Shown: positions 1-13,152, counted from the first letter of the whole stretch. The stretch: DNA of 63,448 nucleotides, filler included, from Reclinomonas americana ATCC 50394 (GCA_048213135.1; 5 parts of 3 records of this genome joined end to end with filler, not necessarily neighbours in it); one strand, 5' to 3'. Program-made: numbers and translations. Notes: a model not told the origin generated them from the letters alone.

Positions 1-260
1 TTTGTGGGAACGAGAGGGAGGAGGGTGGGAGAAGGAGACTCTGGGTAGCCTGAGAGCTTGAGCAGTTAATCTGCGGCGATTGTGGAGAACGTGAGGGAGG
101 AGGTGGCAAGTAGCAGACTCTGGAGGCCTGAGAGCTTGAAGAGTTGTTTTGTGAGAACGAGAGGGAGGAGGTAGGAGAAAGTGATTGGTAGCAGACTCTG
201 CAGGGATGAGAGCGATTGTGGAGAACGAAGACTGAGCAATGGACTGTCAGAAGCTGTGGA
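1..260 (-). repeat. Degenerate tandem repeat, reverse-complement of the 843-1500 array
   Basis: agcagactctggaggcctgagagcttga (~113-140) is close to the reverse complement of tcaagctctcaggcttcccagagtctgct (1141-1169); agactct units recur. Confidence 0.7.
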
Positions 261-842
261 AGCTACACAGTCAACTATTCCCTCTCTCTATTCCATCGCT
301 GGCACGTTGCACAAGGCGCGTGTTGGGAGACAGTGCGTGAGAGACTNNNNNNNNNNNNNNNNNNNNNNNNNNNNNNNNNNNNNNNNNNNNNNNNNNNNNN
401 NNNNNNNNNNNNNNNNNNNNNNNNNNNNNNNNNNNNNNNNNNNNNNNNNNNNNNNNNNNNNNNNNNNNNNNNNNNNNNNNNNNNNNNNNNNNNNNNNNNN
501 NNNNNNNNNNNNNNNNNNNNNNNNNNNNNNNNNNNNNNNNNNNNNNNNNNNNNNNNNNNNNNNNNNNNNNNNNNNNNNNNNNNNNNNNNNNNNNNNNNNN
601 NNNNNNNNNNNNNNNNNNNNNNNNNNNNNNNNNNNNNNNNNNNNNNNNNNNNNNNNNNNNNNNNNNNNNNNNNNNNNNNNNNNNNNNNNNNNNNNNNNNN
701 NNNNNNNNNNNNNNNNNNNNNNNNNNNNNNNNNNNNNNNNNNNNNNNNNNNNNNNNNNNNNNNNNNNNNNNNNNNNNNNNNNNNNNNNNNNNNNNNNNNN
801 NNNNNNNNNNNNNNNNNNNNNNNNNNNNNNNNNNNNNNNNNN

Positions 843-1500
843 GCAACAATCAAGCTCAGTCCCTGTAGAGTCTGCTTCCTGTCACCTTCTCCTCACTCTC
901 ATTCTCCACAAGTGCCACAGAATAGCTGCTCAACTCTCAGTCTTTCCAGAGTCTGCTGCAAATCACCTCTCCCTCCTCTCCTTCCCAAAAAACAACTGCT
1001 CAATCTCCCAGTCTCTCCCGAGTCTGCTACCCACCACCTTCTCCCTCTCTCGCCTCTCGTTCTCACAGAAAAAGTGCTCAACTCTCAGTCCATACAGAGC
1101 CTGCTTCCCATCACCTTCCTCCCTCTCCAAATACAACTGCTCAAGCTCTCAGGCTTCCCAGAGTCTGCTCCCTCTCGTTCCCAAAAAAACAACTGCTCAA
1201 CCTCAGTCCCTGTAGAGTCTGCTTCTTGTCACCTTCTCCTCCCTCTCGTTCTCCACAAGTGCCACAGAACAATTGCTCAATCTCCAGAGTCTGCTACCCA
1301 CCACCTTCTTCCTCCCTCGCCTCTCGTTCTCACAGAAAAACTGCTCAAGCTCTCAGTCCATACAGAGTCTGCTTCCCATCACCTTCTCCCTCCCTCCTCC
1401 CATTCGTTCCCAAAAAAACAGCTGCTCAATCGCAAGCTCCCACCAGAGTCTGCTTCCAATCACCTCCTCCCTCCCTACCCCCGTCCTCCCTCCCTCCCTC
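843..1500 (+). repeat. Degenerate intronic tandem repeat (core aactgctcaa...agagtctgct...caccttctccctc)
   Basis: agagtctgct core recurs about 8-9 times with conserved flanks. Confidence 0.85.
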
Positions 1501-1545
1501 TCTCCCATTGTCTCCCTCTCCTTTCCCTTCCTCCTCTCCACTCAC

Positions 1546-2014
1546 CCGCATCATACTTGTCCGTCTTTTGCGTAATGTTGACATACGTGTCCTCGGCCTC
1601 CGCAGCGCTCACCCCCGAATCCAACACCGCCGCCTCACCAAAGCCCGTAATCATTCGCCACTTGGCGCCCGGCTCCATCGGTCGTCCCATCAGCTCAGCT
1701 CCAGAGGCGCCTGCGCGCGAAAACATAATTTGAGCGCGAAAACGTAAACAAGAGGAATCGCTGCATGTGCGACTCAGAGGGAGAGTGAAGAGAGTGGAGA
1801 GGGAGAAGGGGAGTGCGTTGGGAGGAGGAGAGAAAAAGGGAGGGAAGAGGGAAGTGATGTGTGCTGGAGCAGTCAATCTCTTGCATGCCTCATTCTGCTC
1901 TTTCTCTCTCCCCCTCCCCTCCCTCTCTCTGTGCGTGTGTATGTTGATCGCTCACGCACTGACAGTGATCACGGCCGTTGCCAAGAGCACACATGCGAGG
2001 AGGATGAATCGCAT
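1546..2014 (-). CDS. Secreted protein, first two exons (2014-1960, 1710-1546); weak resemblance to a peptidase S28 N-terminus
   Basis: Spliced reading MRFILLACVLLATAVITVSASGAELMGRPMEPGAKWRMITGFGEAAV...YVNITQKTDKYDA; hydrophobic signal peptide; GTGCGT..CAG intron and GTGAG donor. ITQKTDKYD only loosely resembles the S28 FxQxLDHF motif. Confidence 0.55.
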
Positions 2015-2997
2015 GGTTGCTTGTGTTTTTCTTCCCTCAGAGCGCGCTTGGTGGACACTCTTCCTTTCACTCTCTGTCTGTCTCTCCTTCACTCTCGCGC
2101 AGATGCTTTCCGTGTGTGCGTGCGTGTGACGGTGTGTGAGTGATCTCCTCTCGCCGCGTGAGTGAATGTCAAGTTTGGCGGGAAATCAACGGTTTCGCGC
2201 GCGAATCTGTTTTCGCCGTTTCATTGTGCGGTGGCGGGTGGAGTTGTGTTGTAGAGGTGGAGAGGGGAGAGAATGGGCGTCTGTTTATGTGTGCATCGCT
2301 GTCGAAACTGATGCATTGCATTTGTTGTTTCGAGGCCTTCAATGAAGGGTGCGCATGAGCTTGCGCAGCGCAGGGAGGTCCGATGTAACAGCACATGTAC
2401 CGTGACTGGAGCAAGTGGCAGTGGGACTGCAGTTGCAGCTGGCATTGGTGAAGTCTGATGGAAGTGTTGAGCTGCGGAACACGAAGTCGAGGACAATCCA
2501 TAACTGTAGTGTCCTCTCCTTCAGTTCCTTGCTTCTGTAGGCTTCCTCTCTTACGAGAGCAAGCCACCTGGTTGGCACTTCCGTGGTGGATAAAGTCAAA
2601 CTATAAGTCAGTTGTGGTTGGGGTGCATCGCTGTCGGTGTTGAGTCGAGTAGAGAGTGCCACGTTAGTGACGGTGCTGTCCAGTGGTGGACTGGTGGTGG
2701 CAGTAGAGGACACTACAATTGGTTGTCGAGACTGATAAGTGTGGAGCAAGCTCAAATACGGAACTCTCTCCAAACGTAGTCAGGAGAGGCCAGTGCACTG
2801 GCATGTGCCGTCCGTCTTGCACGTTTCGTGTCCAGGACAGATGAACTCCCGAGAGGCCACCTGATCCGCGCACCTTGCATCTACCAGCCCTGTCGAGCTG
2901 CTTTGCTCCACATTATCTAACAGATTCTTCTACTTCATTCCCCCCTCTCCTGTACCAATACAATCACACACACGCACACGTTCTCCCTCTCTCCCGC

Positions 2998-5900
2998 TCA
3001 CGCCAAGTACCTGTAGGAGGCCTTGTTACCGGTGGACTCGTCATTGACGCGCTCCAGGAACTCCTTCTCAATCAGGGCATCAATGTTGCGCTTGATGTCG
3101 GCGACCTGCGGCTGGAAGCGCTCCTGCAGCAGCGAAATGACCTCGGCCAGCAGCGCGTGGTGCGGCAGTTCGCGGCGGGCCTTCATTACGCGGACGATGG
3201 CAGCCTGGAATAGTGATCGTGAGGGGAGATGATACAGCAAGAAAAATGGTGCAAAAGTTACACTCACCTGCAGCGCAAACTTGCGATCCTCCGTAATCAC
3301 CGTGTGCGTCGCTTGCTGCTCTTCCTTGGTCTCCTTTTGTGTTGCAATGTGCAGCGTGACCTTGCGTGACGGACTGCAAGCAGCACAGTGAGATATCGCC
3401 CATCTGATCACAATCTTCTCTCTCCGCAAACCTCTGGAATTCCGGATTCAAGTACAACATACTGCCGTCGTGAACGTGGCGCACCGACGGAGGCAAGCGC
3501 GAGTCACTGCTGGGTGGTGCCAGCAAACCACTTCGTTCCGCCGTCGAAGACACACACACCAGCTTGGCTTTCAGCAGCGACTGTTGGAAAAGTGAGGAGT
3601 CCACATACTATTTGTTACTTCAAACAACGTTGACGCAACATCCAGCTGCAACAGAAGGGATTGCCGGTCAAGCTGCGTGCGCTCGGCCACTTGCGCCACC
3701 GACAATTCCTACACGCGATGAGTGAGGAACTTGAACAAGATACTGAGCCAGCTGTCCAGAACGATTCCGCAACATCCCCCTCGTTGAACAGCAACAGCAG
3801 GCCAATCTGGTACGTTGTGCAGTGAACTTCGTAGCTGCGACCTACATGAAAGAAAAAACAGATGTCAAACAAGCATGCAACTGATGTAATGGCCCCTCAC
3901 AAAAAACCCCGACCGTTGAACAATGATGATGCTGACTTTAGCACTCCGCTGCTGTGATGATGCAGCCATTTGATGCGCCGACCTGTGTAGCGGCCAGCGT
4001 AGAAGCGCTCAAAGTTGTCGGCGCATCTGGCGAGCTGCGGAAGAATAAGCAGCTGAAACATCGAATGAGGTCTCAAAGTACAAACCTCGTCGGGGAGCGT
4101 AAACCCGCAGGCCGACTGCGTCATTGGCCACTGCACAGCGGTGCAAACCAGCACGCTAAATTCACCTGATTCGGGTGCAGAGAGAAGTGTGAGTGGCTAT
4201 GATTGTGTAGCAACGTCCACACTGACGCAACATGGCAACACTGCGCGTCCTTGCACCCACTGGCGGAACTGCGTGGTATTCTCCGCACTCAGCGAGACAT
4301 CGGCAAACATGCGCTGGAGGCGATTGGTGAATTCCCACTTGTAGACGTCCTGCGACAAGAAGGTCAGGTGATGGAGACGACAGGATGGAGGAAGAGGTTG
4401 GAAGCTCGGCAACAATTTCAACAAGTAAACAGACTAACTGCGGTTGCGATATGATGACGGAAACACAACGTGATCAGGGAAACAACCAGCTCGGAAGGAA
4501 TACACAACAAGATAAGGAAGAGGCAATCACACACAGACAATACTGGAAAGTGAACAGGAACACACAGCAAGGTCAAAAAGAGACACAAGCACACAGAAAA
4601 AGTTGGAAAGTGAACGGCCGTGATTGCAAGCTCGGTAGGAATACGCAGCAGGATAAGGAAGACCCCTGACATGCAAACACAGCTGGAAAGTGAACGATTG
4701 TGGTCGCAAGCTCGGCAGGAATACGCAGCAAGACAAGGAAGTGGCTACCACAAGCACGGAATGCTAGAATGTGAATAATTGTGATTGCAAGCTCGGCAGA
4801 AACACACAGCAAGATCAGAGAGAGACAGCCACGAGCAGACAAGGTTGGTAAGCAAACAGCCGTGGTTGCAAGATTGGAGGGAATACCAAGGAACATGCAG
4901 AAAAGCTGAAATGCATACTAACTGCAGATGCAATCTCGGCAAACACACACACAGCAAGATCAAGCAAAGCTGGGAAGTGAACAGTCGTGATTGCAGTCTC
5001 GGCAGGAATACACAACAACAACAGAGAGAGAGAGACAGTCACGAGCAGACAAAGCTGGGAAGAGAACAAATATAATTGCACTCTCGACAGAAACACACGA
5101 CAAGACCGGGAAGACGCAAGTTGGCATGCGCAAGATCTTCAATGCACGGCAAGATCAAGACAAAGCTGGAAAGTGAACAGACGTGGTTGCAAGCTCGGCA
5201 GCAATACGCAACAAGATCAGGAAGAGACAAACCCACGCAGACAAAGCTGGAAGTGAAAAATAACAGCTCCAAGCTCGGCAGAAGCTACCACACAGGGAAA
5301 GCTGGATCGGCACGAAACATGCAGCAAGATATAGAAGAGATAACCACATTCAAAGATAACTGGAAAGTGAACACCGCAAGCTCACAGAAACAACCAGCAT
5401 CGAGGACCGCACCACATCCCTTCTCCTTCGTTGTCACTCACCCTCAACCGACACACGGCCTCATTCTCCAGCTCCATGTCAAACGTATCCTGCACCAATC
5501 GTCGACACAAGTGCTTCTGATAGAATGTCTCAAACACGTCGCGATGTTGCAGGTAGCCCGACAAGTGAATCTAGTCGCATACACGTGAGAGATCATCACC
5601 ACTAAGCAGACAAAAGTAGCAGCGCTGCACACCGTATCGCTCAGTGCCTCCAGAGTACCACTCGTGCCCAGTGAGCGCGCCAGACGCGACGACGGTCGCA
5701 TGAGGATCGAAGTGTACTTGGCCAGTGTCTCGGCCACCTGATCGGAAGACAGCTCGTCTGGACGTCGCTCGGTGTTGTTCAAGAATCGCTGGCAGCCCTG
5801 CGCGGAGACGAGAAAAGTGAACAGCGAGTGGTAGGCCACACATATTTCCAATCCGCGTACCGCATGCATGGCCTCCACCATTGTGCACGAGTTGCTGAAT

Positions 5901-8900
5901 GTGTCAGCCACCATGCGCTGGAACTTGCGGTACACTTGGATGATGGCGGTGCAGAATTGTTGTGGGTCCTGCGAGTGTTGGAGACGAAGAGTGAATCACC
6001 GTCGGCAAACAATGAGAAAGCCCACAAAAGCCTACCTTTCTCAACTCTGGCGACAACTTTTCCACCTCCTCCACTCCCTGCTTGCAGACAAAGTCGGTGA
6101 AGACGCGCGAAAAGAGCAGAGAGCCGTCGTCGGTCTGTTGGAACAGGCGTTGGATGCGTTGCAGGTCCTCCAGGCGGTTGTACTCGAAGAATGCATTGCA
6201 TTCGGAGAGAATCAATTCCTTGCGAGAGTTGACCAGCACGTCGACGCAGCGGCGGATCAGCTGTGAGAGGGGGAGAAGGGGGGGGAGAAGGGGGGGGGGA
6301 AGGGGGAGGAAGGGGGAGAAGGGGAGAAGGGGAGAAGGGGAGAAGGGGGAAGGGGGAGAAGGAAAAGATGACAGAGAAGGAGGGTTAGTGGAAAACGTAC
6401 AGGGAAGAAGAGAGGAGTAGACGGTGCAAAGAGTAGCGAAACAAGACTGGCGGATCTGGTGGAGAATGAAAGAAGCGGAGAGATGCACGAATAACGGCAA
6501 AGTCGCGGAGTAAATCAGTGAATAATGGCGATAAATGAGTGAGAAGGAGGCAAGAGTCTCAGCATGATACGTCTTATAGAAGAAGTGAAAGAAGAAAACA
6601 CCAAAGCAATAAGACGGCTAGATGAGGCAAAAAAAGGGAAAGGAAAGTGATGACCAAGAGTCTCAACACGGCAGGCAGGAATCATCGAGAAGGAAAGTGA
6701 GTGATAGGAGAGTGCTAACCAAATGTGATGCTTGCACTAGTCATGGCGTAATTGAACGGAGAGCACACCCGTATCGAAACGACATCATGTCATAGAGATG
6801 GATGTCTCATGCGAAAGATGGGGGCGGCGGTTGGGAAGAGGTAATCGATGACAGAGATGTGCGTCTCAACATGACTGACTGGCAGCATGATGGAGACAAA
6901 AATGCAGAAGTTCGAGTCTAGACACGACTGTGCCTCATCGAGGACGTGAGAGGAGAAAGACTGGCGACGGAGAATGAGATGATGCCTGATCGAGGCAACA
7001 TGAGATAATGGAGGGCAAAAGTCCTGACAAGACAAACTGGCTGCGTGGAGAAAATGACGAGAAAAGAACGACTAACAGGGTGCTGATATCTGACAAATAT
7101 AGAGCATGTCTCGCAACGCACTCTTGTCCTCGTCGACGGGTGCAAGTACGACTGCACTCGGCGCTCCTCCTCCGCCAGTCGCTCCTCCATCTGCGCAACG
7201 CATATCAGCGAGGCCTCCCACTTCCCTTCTTTTCCAGGTCAATCGACTCACAATTTTCAAGTAATCCGACAGAGCGCATTTGGCGAGATACTCCTCCGCC
7301 TCGGCGTTGTAGTACTCGCCAGTGCGTCGCAGAAACTCCTCCTCAAAGTTCTCCTGGTAGAAGGCCAGTGGTGATTTGAGGTTGGCGCCCAGAGCCACTG
7401 CAGGAAGGGGGGGTGAGGAGAAGAGACAAGACGGGTGGAGAAATGGGAGAAGAACTCGGCGCACCATAACTATCCGTCACTCTCCGCAGAATCTCCCGAT
7501 CGACAATCTCCCGCCTCCTGTCAGCCTCGACGCACTGCACAAAGGCGTCGGTGATGCGCGCACGCAGCGGTCGGAAGAACTCGGTGCGCCACATTTCCAG
7601 GCCCAGCTGCGTGTGGAAGGGCGGTAAGCATGATGACATTCAAGAAGGCGAGCATGTTCTGTCGACGCAACATCGCGTGTCATCAGGAAATCGCCGCCTG
7701 GACGCGTCCGCTTCACCGAAGGCTTCATCACGAACTCGCGATTCTGCGGCATGACATTTGAGGAGAGTACGTGGCACGCAGCACAAAGGTCACACACGCA
7801 CACACTCACATTCACATGCACACAAGCAGACATGCACGCAAACACACACACAGGTACACAAGATACACACCCACACATGCACACGCACATTTGTGCGCGC
7901 AACCCCTCTCAGATAAACAGGATAAACTCACTCACTCGCTCTCACACGCATACAGACACACACAGGCACACAAGATACACATGCACACATGCACACGCAT
8001 TCGCGCGGACACACACACACAGACACACAGAGAGAGAATACAATTACACAAAACACAACAGTCACAAACGCCCACTCACACACTCACTCGAACACTCACT
8101 AACTCACTCACACACTCACGCACAGAGACAGACAGACATCCACACACCTACACACGCACACACTTACACACACACACCACACACAGACAATACACATACA
8201 CAAAACACAAAAGACACACACGTACACTCACTCACTCGAACACTCACTAACTCACTCACGAACTCACGCACAAAAACAGACAGACATCCACACACGCGCA
8301 CACGTACACACTTACACACACTCACCACACATAGACAATACACATACACAAAACACGGAAGACACAAACGCCCACTAAAACACTCGCTCACTCACTTACT
8401 CACTCACTCACTCACGAACAGAGAGGCAACGCAACGAGGTAAAGAAAGATGACGTGCACCACATCGAGCCCGAGCGAGTAGCGGCCCCACATGGTCGAGT
8501 ACACTTGCAGGAGCTGCGAGCTGCTGGCCGTCGCCACCAGGGTGTTGAAGCGCTGTGTCGGTGATGTTTGGGTGAGGACAGTTGGCAGAGTACGAATAGA
8601 GGAAGAGAGAGCACCTCCAGCAGCGTGCGAGAAACGTAGGCCTGCAACGCGAGTCGGAATTGGTGGTAGAGAGCCTCGGGTTGCGGGAGACCGGGTCGAC
8701 ATTTGTGGCCGCCGACTTCGGGTGGGGTGTTGAAGCATTGGCCGATGCAGACGCGGTAGACGTAGCTGGGGGAGAGGGAAAAGGGTGAGAGGGAGAAGGG
8801 TGAAGGGAGAAGGGTGAGAGGGAGAAGGGTGAGTGGGAGAAGGGTGAGAGGGAGAAGGGGAGAGGGAGAAGGGAAGAGGGAGAAGGGAGAGGGAGAAGGG

Positions 8901-8976
8901 TGAGAGGGAGAAGGGTGAGAGGGAGAAAAGAGGGAGAAGGGAAGAGGGAGAAGNNNNNNNNNNNNNNNNNNNNCTC

Positions 8977-9038
<62 letters not shown>

Positions 9039-9343
9039 TCACTCACTCACTCACTCACTCAATCACAAAAAATCCAACACATTCTCCTCCCCTTCTCCTC
9101 CCCTTTTCCTCCCCTTTTCCTCCCCTTCACTCCGCCCACACCACTCAACTTGTGCAACTCTCGCCACCGATCGGCACCAAGCGGCGCACGCACCGGATCA
9201 TCGAGAATCACAAAGAGCGCCGACTCCAGTTCCGCCCACAATCGCCCATAGTCCACAGTGCTCGCTCGCAGAGACGAAGAAGAAGGAGGAGCAGTGGTGG
9301 TGGCGCGAAGGGAGCCGGGAGTTGAGGGCGCAGAGGAGGCCAT
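2998..9343 (-). CDS. Cullin (CUL1-like), multi-exon
   Basis: IFLYL|NREFV, FYQENFEEEFL, EEERRVQSYLHPST, DVFETFYQKHLCRRL, TNRLQRMFADVSLS, FYAGRYTGRRIKWLHH, C-terminal neddylation region AAIVRVMKARR...LIEKEFLER...YRYLA*; start MASSAPS at 9343. Confidence 0.93.
4430..5390. repeat. Degenerate tandem repeat filling a cullin intron
   Basis: Repeated ctggaaagtgaac...gcaagctcggcag(g)aatac...gcaaga units. Confidence 0.85.
7780..8420. repeat. CA/CTCA-rich intronic microsatellite with a duplicated unit
   Basis: cactcactcgaacactcactaactcactca...cagacagacatccacac...cagacaatacacatacacaaaacac occurs twice. Confidence 0.8.
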
Positions 9344-10075
9344 TTGCGCGCGAAAAGATGTGACAAATTACGGACAACTCTGTGTCCTGTTGCTCAAGAA
9401 GAGCTGTATGTTGGGTGGTGATGGGAGTAACTCTATGCTATGAGAGTGATGGCGGCAATGGACGGGAAAGAGAGTGAGAGGGAGAGAAAATAATTTAGAA
9501 TTGCATGCAGTTTTGATTTTCGAATTCGTTTGTCCGCAGCGCGGCCGCTCTCACTGAAGCATGTCCGCGGAGGTGGTAATGCAGCAGTGGGAGCATTAGC
9601 AGCCAAATGGAGCTGGAGTGAGGGTGCAGAAGAGGCCATTTTGCGCGAGAAAAGTTGTGACAAATTACGGACGTCGACGTCGACAACTGTGTCCTGTTGC
9701 TCAAGAAGAGCTTGCTGGGTGGTGATGGGAGCACTGTGCTATGACACACGAGGAGCGTGGTGGAATAGAGAGTGAGAGGGAGAGAAAGTGATTTAGAATT
9801 GCGTGCAGTTTTGATATTCGAATTCATTGTCCATTCTCACTGAAGCATGTCTCACTGGCGGAGATGATGATGCAGCAGTGTGAGCGTTAGCAGTCAAATG
9901 TGGCTGGAATTGAGGGCGCTGACGAGACCGTCTTTGTCTGTTTGCGCGCGAAAAGACAATTTTGGGACAACTTGCTGTGTCCTGTTGTTGCCGCTTGTTT
10001 ATTTATTTGTGTTTGTGTTTTGATTGCGAGAGAAGAGCATGTTGGCTGTTGATGGGAGTAACTCTGTGCGGTGAG
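9320..10075 (-). repeat. Three degenerate ~300-bp tandem copies of the cullin start/upstream region
   Basis: gaggccatttgcgcgcgaaaag..gtgacaaattacggac..ctgtgtcctgttgctcaagaagagc..ggtgatgggag at ~9335, ~9632 and, more degraded, ~9925. Confidence 0.85.
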
Positions 10076-10218
10076 TGCGATGTATGAAGAGAGAAAGAGT
10101 GAGGGAGTGAGTGATTGCAGCAGTTTTGATCGTGCGTTGTCGCAGAGGCAAGTAAACGCACACTTTGCACAGTCTCTCTCTGTGTCTGTCTGTCTGTCTC
10201 TCTGTGTGTGTGTGTGTC

Positions 10219-10250
<32 letters not shown>

Positions 10251-10717
10251 CGAAACGCAGAAGAGATATGAGCGTGAATGATTGTTCAATGACTGAGCTC
10301 TGGTTTCCATCAGTGATTGCTCTTCTCTCTGCATACAACCTCTGTGCTCTCTCACACACACTCTCACGCACTCTCTTGTCGAGCTTGTGAGCGATCATTC
10401 GCGATCGTTGACATTGATTGAGCTTGTGTTCATCAGTGATTGCACTGCTCCTTTCTCTCCTGTCACACACATGCACACACACACACACACACTCTCTCTC
10501 ACACACTCACACACACACACTCTTGCCGTGTATATCGCTGAAGATCAGAGGGCGCGTGTGATTGCTCAATGACTGAGCAGTTGATTTCATCTCATCCTCA
10601 CTCTCGCTCTCTCTCATCAGGTGCACACGCGGTGGCCGTTCTCTCTTTTTCTCTCTCTCTCTCTCTCTCTCTCNNNNNNNNNNNNNNNNNNNNNNNNNNN
10701 NNNNNNNNNNNNNNNNN

Positions 10718-10729
10718 TTAATTAATTAA
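10718..10729. other. Assembly spacer TTAATTAATTAA (stop in six frames) within an N gap; also at 34985, 46452 and 61333
   Basis: Identical 12-mer flanked by N runs at four places. Confidence 0.95.
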
Positions 10730-10773
10730 NNNNNNNNNNNNNNNNNNNNNNNNNNNNNNNNNNNNNNNNNNNN

Positions 10774-11100
10774 ACTGCCTCTGCACCTCGCCGCCTTCTC
10801 TCTGAGAACTTGCTTCCACTGTTTAGCACAGATCACTCGCGATCTCCATTGGTTTCTCTCCTCTTCTGTCTTGCATGTGTTTCTCTCACCTCCGTTGCAC
10901 ACTCACTGCCTCTGCACCTTACCATCTTCTCTTTGAGAGTTGTCCACCCAAGACCAGCGAACGCGCGCTGATGGATCTCTATTGGTTTCTATCCTCTCCT
11001 CTTGTGCCTGTTGTTGCGCATTTCGTTACCTTCTGTCGTCTCTCTCACTTTCCCTGAGAGTTTGTAGAGCAGAGATCGCTCGTTTATTGATCGCCCTTCC
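10774..11100. repeat. Degenerate duplicated unit upstream of the TBCB exons
   Basis: actgcctctgcacct...gatct(c)cattggtttct...cctct repeated. Confidence 0.65.
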
Positions 11101-11133
11101 ATATTCTTCATGCTGACCTGTTGCTTTTTGTAG

Positions 11134-12162
11134 GTTGTTTGTGACGCACTCGGTGCTGCAAATGATGCGGCAGGATACGTTTTCATTGGCCTCGAGTGTT
11201 GGACAGATCAAGGTTGGTAACTTGCTCTCGTTCTCGCCCTTGCCTGTCGACTCACCTCGCCATCCACAGGACAAGCTCTACAACATCACCGGCACTGCGC
11301 CGGAGCACCAGCGCGTGCTGCTAAAGGCCACTGATGGATGTGCGTTTGCCTCCCCGCCTCCCTTGACCCTCCTCGTCCGCTGACTTCTATCACCACCAGC
11401 AACGACGCTGAGCAACCTGGACGACGACAGCTCCCAACTGGGCTACTTTGGGGCCGCCGATGGCATGTACCTGCACGTGATTGATCAGGTACGGCACGAA
11501 ACCAACTACCATACCCTCTTCATCTCCCTCACTCACCCTCACCCTCACCTCCCTCCAGGACCCCTTCAAGAGCGTGGAGCAGCTGCAGGACGTGTCGCAG
11601 ATTGAAAAGTTCGAGCTGAGCGACGAGGAGTACGCCAAGCGCGATGGTATGCGCGCCCTTCTCTCTCCTTATCCTTCTCACACTCTCTCACGTTTTGCGC
11701 AATCAGGTACCTTCCTCAAATTCAAGCAGGCGCGCCCCGACCTCTTCGCGGCGGCCGAAGCCGAACGGGAAGAGCGCAGCCACGAGGGCGAGGAGGGCGC
11801 CGCGCGTGTCATCGTCGGCAGCCGGTGTCGCATCCAGTTGCCGGGCGGCAGTGCGCTGGATCGACGCGGCGTAGTCAAGTTTGTCGGCCGCACGCAGTTC
11901 CAGCCGGGCTACTGGGTCGGGGTGCACTTGGACGAGCCACTCGGCAAGAACGACGGATCGTTGCGTGCACTTTTTCCTCCAATCAGAGAAGTCTGCTTCT
12001 CCGCCCACTCATCCTTTCGTGCGCAGCGTCAAGGGCGTACGATACTTTACGTGCCCGCAGGCGTGCGGTGTGTTCGTGCGACCGGACAGCGTGGAGTGCG
12101 GTGATTTCCCGGAGCTAGATTTTGACGCCGAGCTGGAGGCGCTGGACGACGATGAGATGTAG
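11134..12162 (+). CDS. TBCB: Tubulin-folding cofactor B (Ubl + CAP-Gly); first exon not located
   Basis: LFVTHS..IK|DKLYNITGT..YLHVIDQ|DPF..EKFELSDEEYAKRDG; CAP-Gly GYWVGVHLDEPLGKNDGS|VKGVRYFTC..GVFVRP; acidic C-terminus ending DDDEM*. Confidence 0.95.
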
Positions 12163-12289
12163 TGGGAGAGAGAGGAGGGGAATGGGGATGTGTGGGGTGA
12201 AAATGAAGGAATGGCAAGATGCATGAGACACGCCCGTTCACTTTGCAATAAAAAATGCGGCGAGGCGATTCTCAGCAATCGAGAGGATG

Positions 12290-13093
12290 TTACCGGCCAC
12301 TCGTGGCCTGGTGGAGGGCGTGCCGCAGGGCGGCCTGCACCTTGCCGTGACACCGTGGATCGTTGCTGCGGGCCTTGGCGGAGGCGTGTCCATTGCCGTC
12401 CACGATCAATTCGAGGAGGAAGATGGTCGAGGTGGATCTCTGGGGGAGGGAAAGGAGGAGGTGAGGGAAGGGGATTTAAGAAAAGGGAGAGACTGGACGG
12501 ACACGAGAGGTGCACAAAAGGGGGTGGATGAGGAAAGCAAGCACATCGAATGGTGGGAGCAGACAGCGACAAGGTTCTGAAGGGGAAGGCTAAGTGCCGG
12601 GAGGAAGAGGAAGTGTACGACAGCGTGCCCTCCGCAATGCGTCCTTGTGCGTGCGCATGCGAGGAATTGAAAAAGTGAAGTGCCAACTGCGCAACAACGG
12701 CACCGGGGACCGTCTTGTCAGAAGGGAATGCAAAGGGCTGAGTGCAAGCGGAACAGAGTGCACAGCGAAATGAAAGAGAGAGAGAGAGAGATGCGAATAG
12801 TCAATGAGCACAACCTTGCCTGCAGTGTCGCTCACTTCCGTTCCCACTCCCTCTACCCCTCCTTCTCCCATCACGCGCACGCAACAAACTGCCCGAATGC
12901 AAAGAACCGCGACGAATTGTTGGGACCAGCGCCGACAGCCACACACTTGATGCCAATGGGGGCCAGGCGAGCGGCCAGATCCTTGGCGGGAAGAACGCGA
13001 CCCACACGGCCGCGCACGTCGCCACTGTGTTGATAATGACAGTGAGAGGGGGAGGGAGACAAAGTGGGGGAGGGAGAGGGAAAGTGAGAAGGG

Positions 13094-13152
<59 letters not shown>

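Noticed and set aside
843-1500. CRISPR-like appearance of recurring agagtctgct cores
   Set aside because: Intervening sequences are themselves homologous and irregular; eukaryotic intron; no cas genes
1711-1742. E2F-like TTTTCGCGC pair
   Set aside because: Lies in the 3' end of an intron (ttttcgcgcgcag acceptor), not a promoter
10718-10729. TTAATTAATTAA palindrome recurring four times
   Set aside because: Always embedded in N runs; artificial scaffolding spacer
11960-12027. Reading GTTGCG introns as non-canonical TT donors shifted by 1 nt
   Set aside because: It would need variable non-AG acceptors; GT-AG explains all cases
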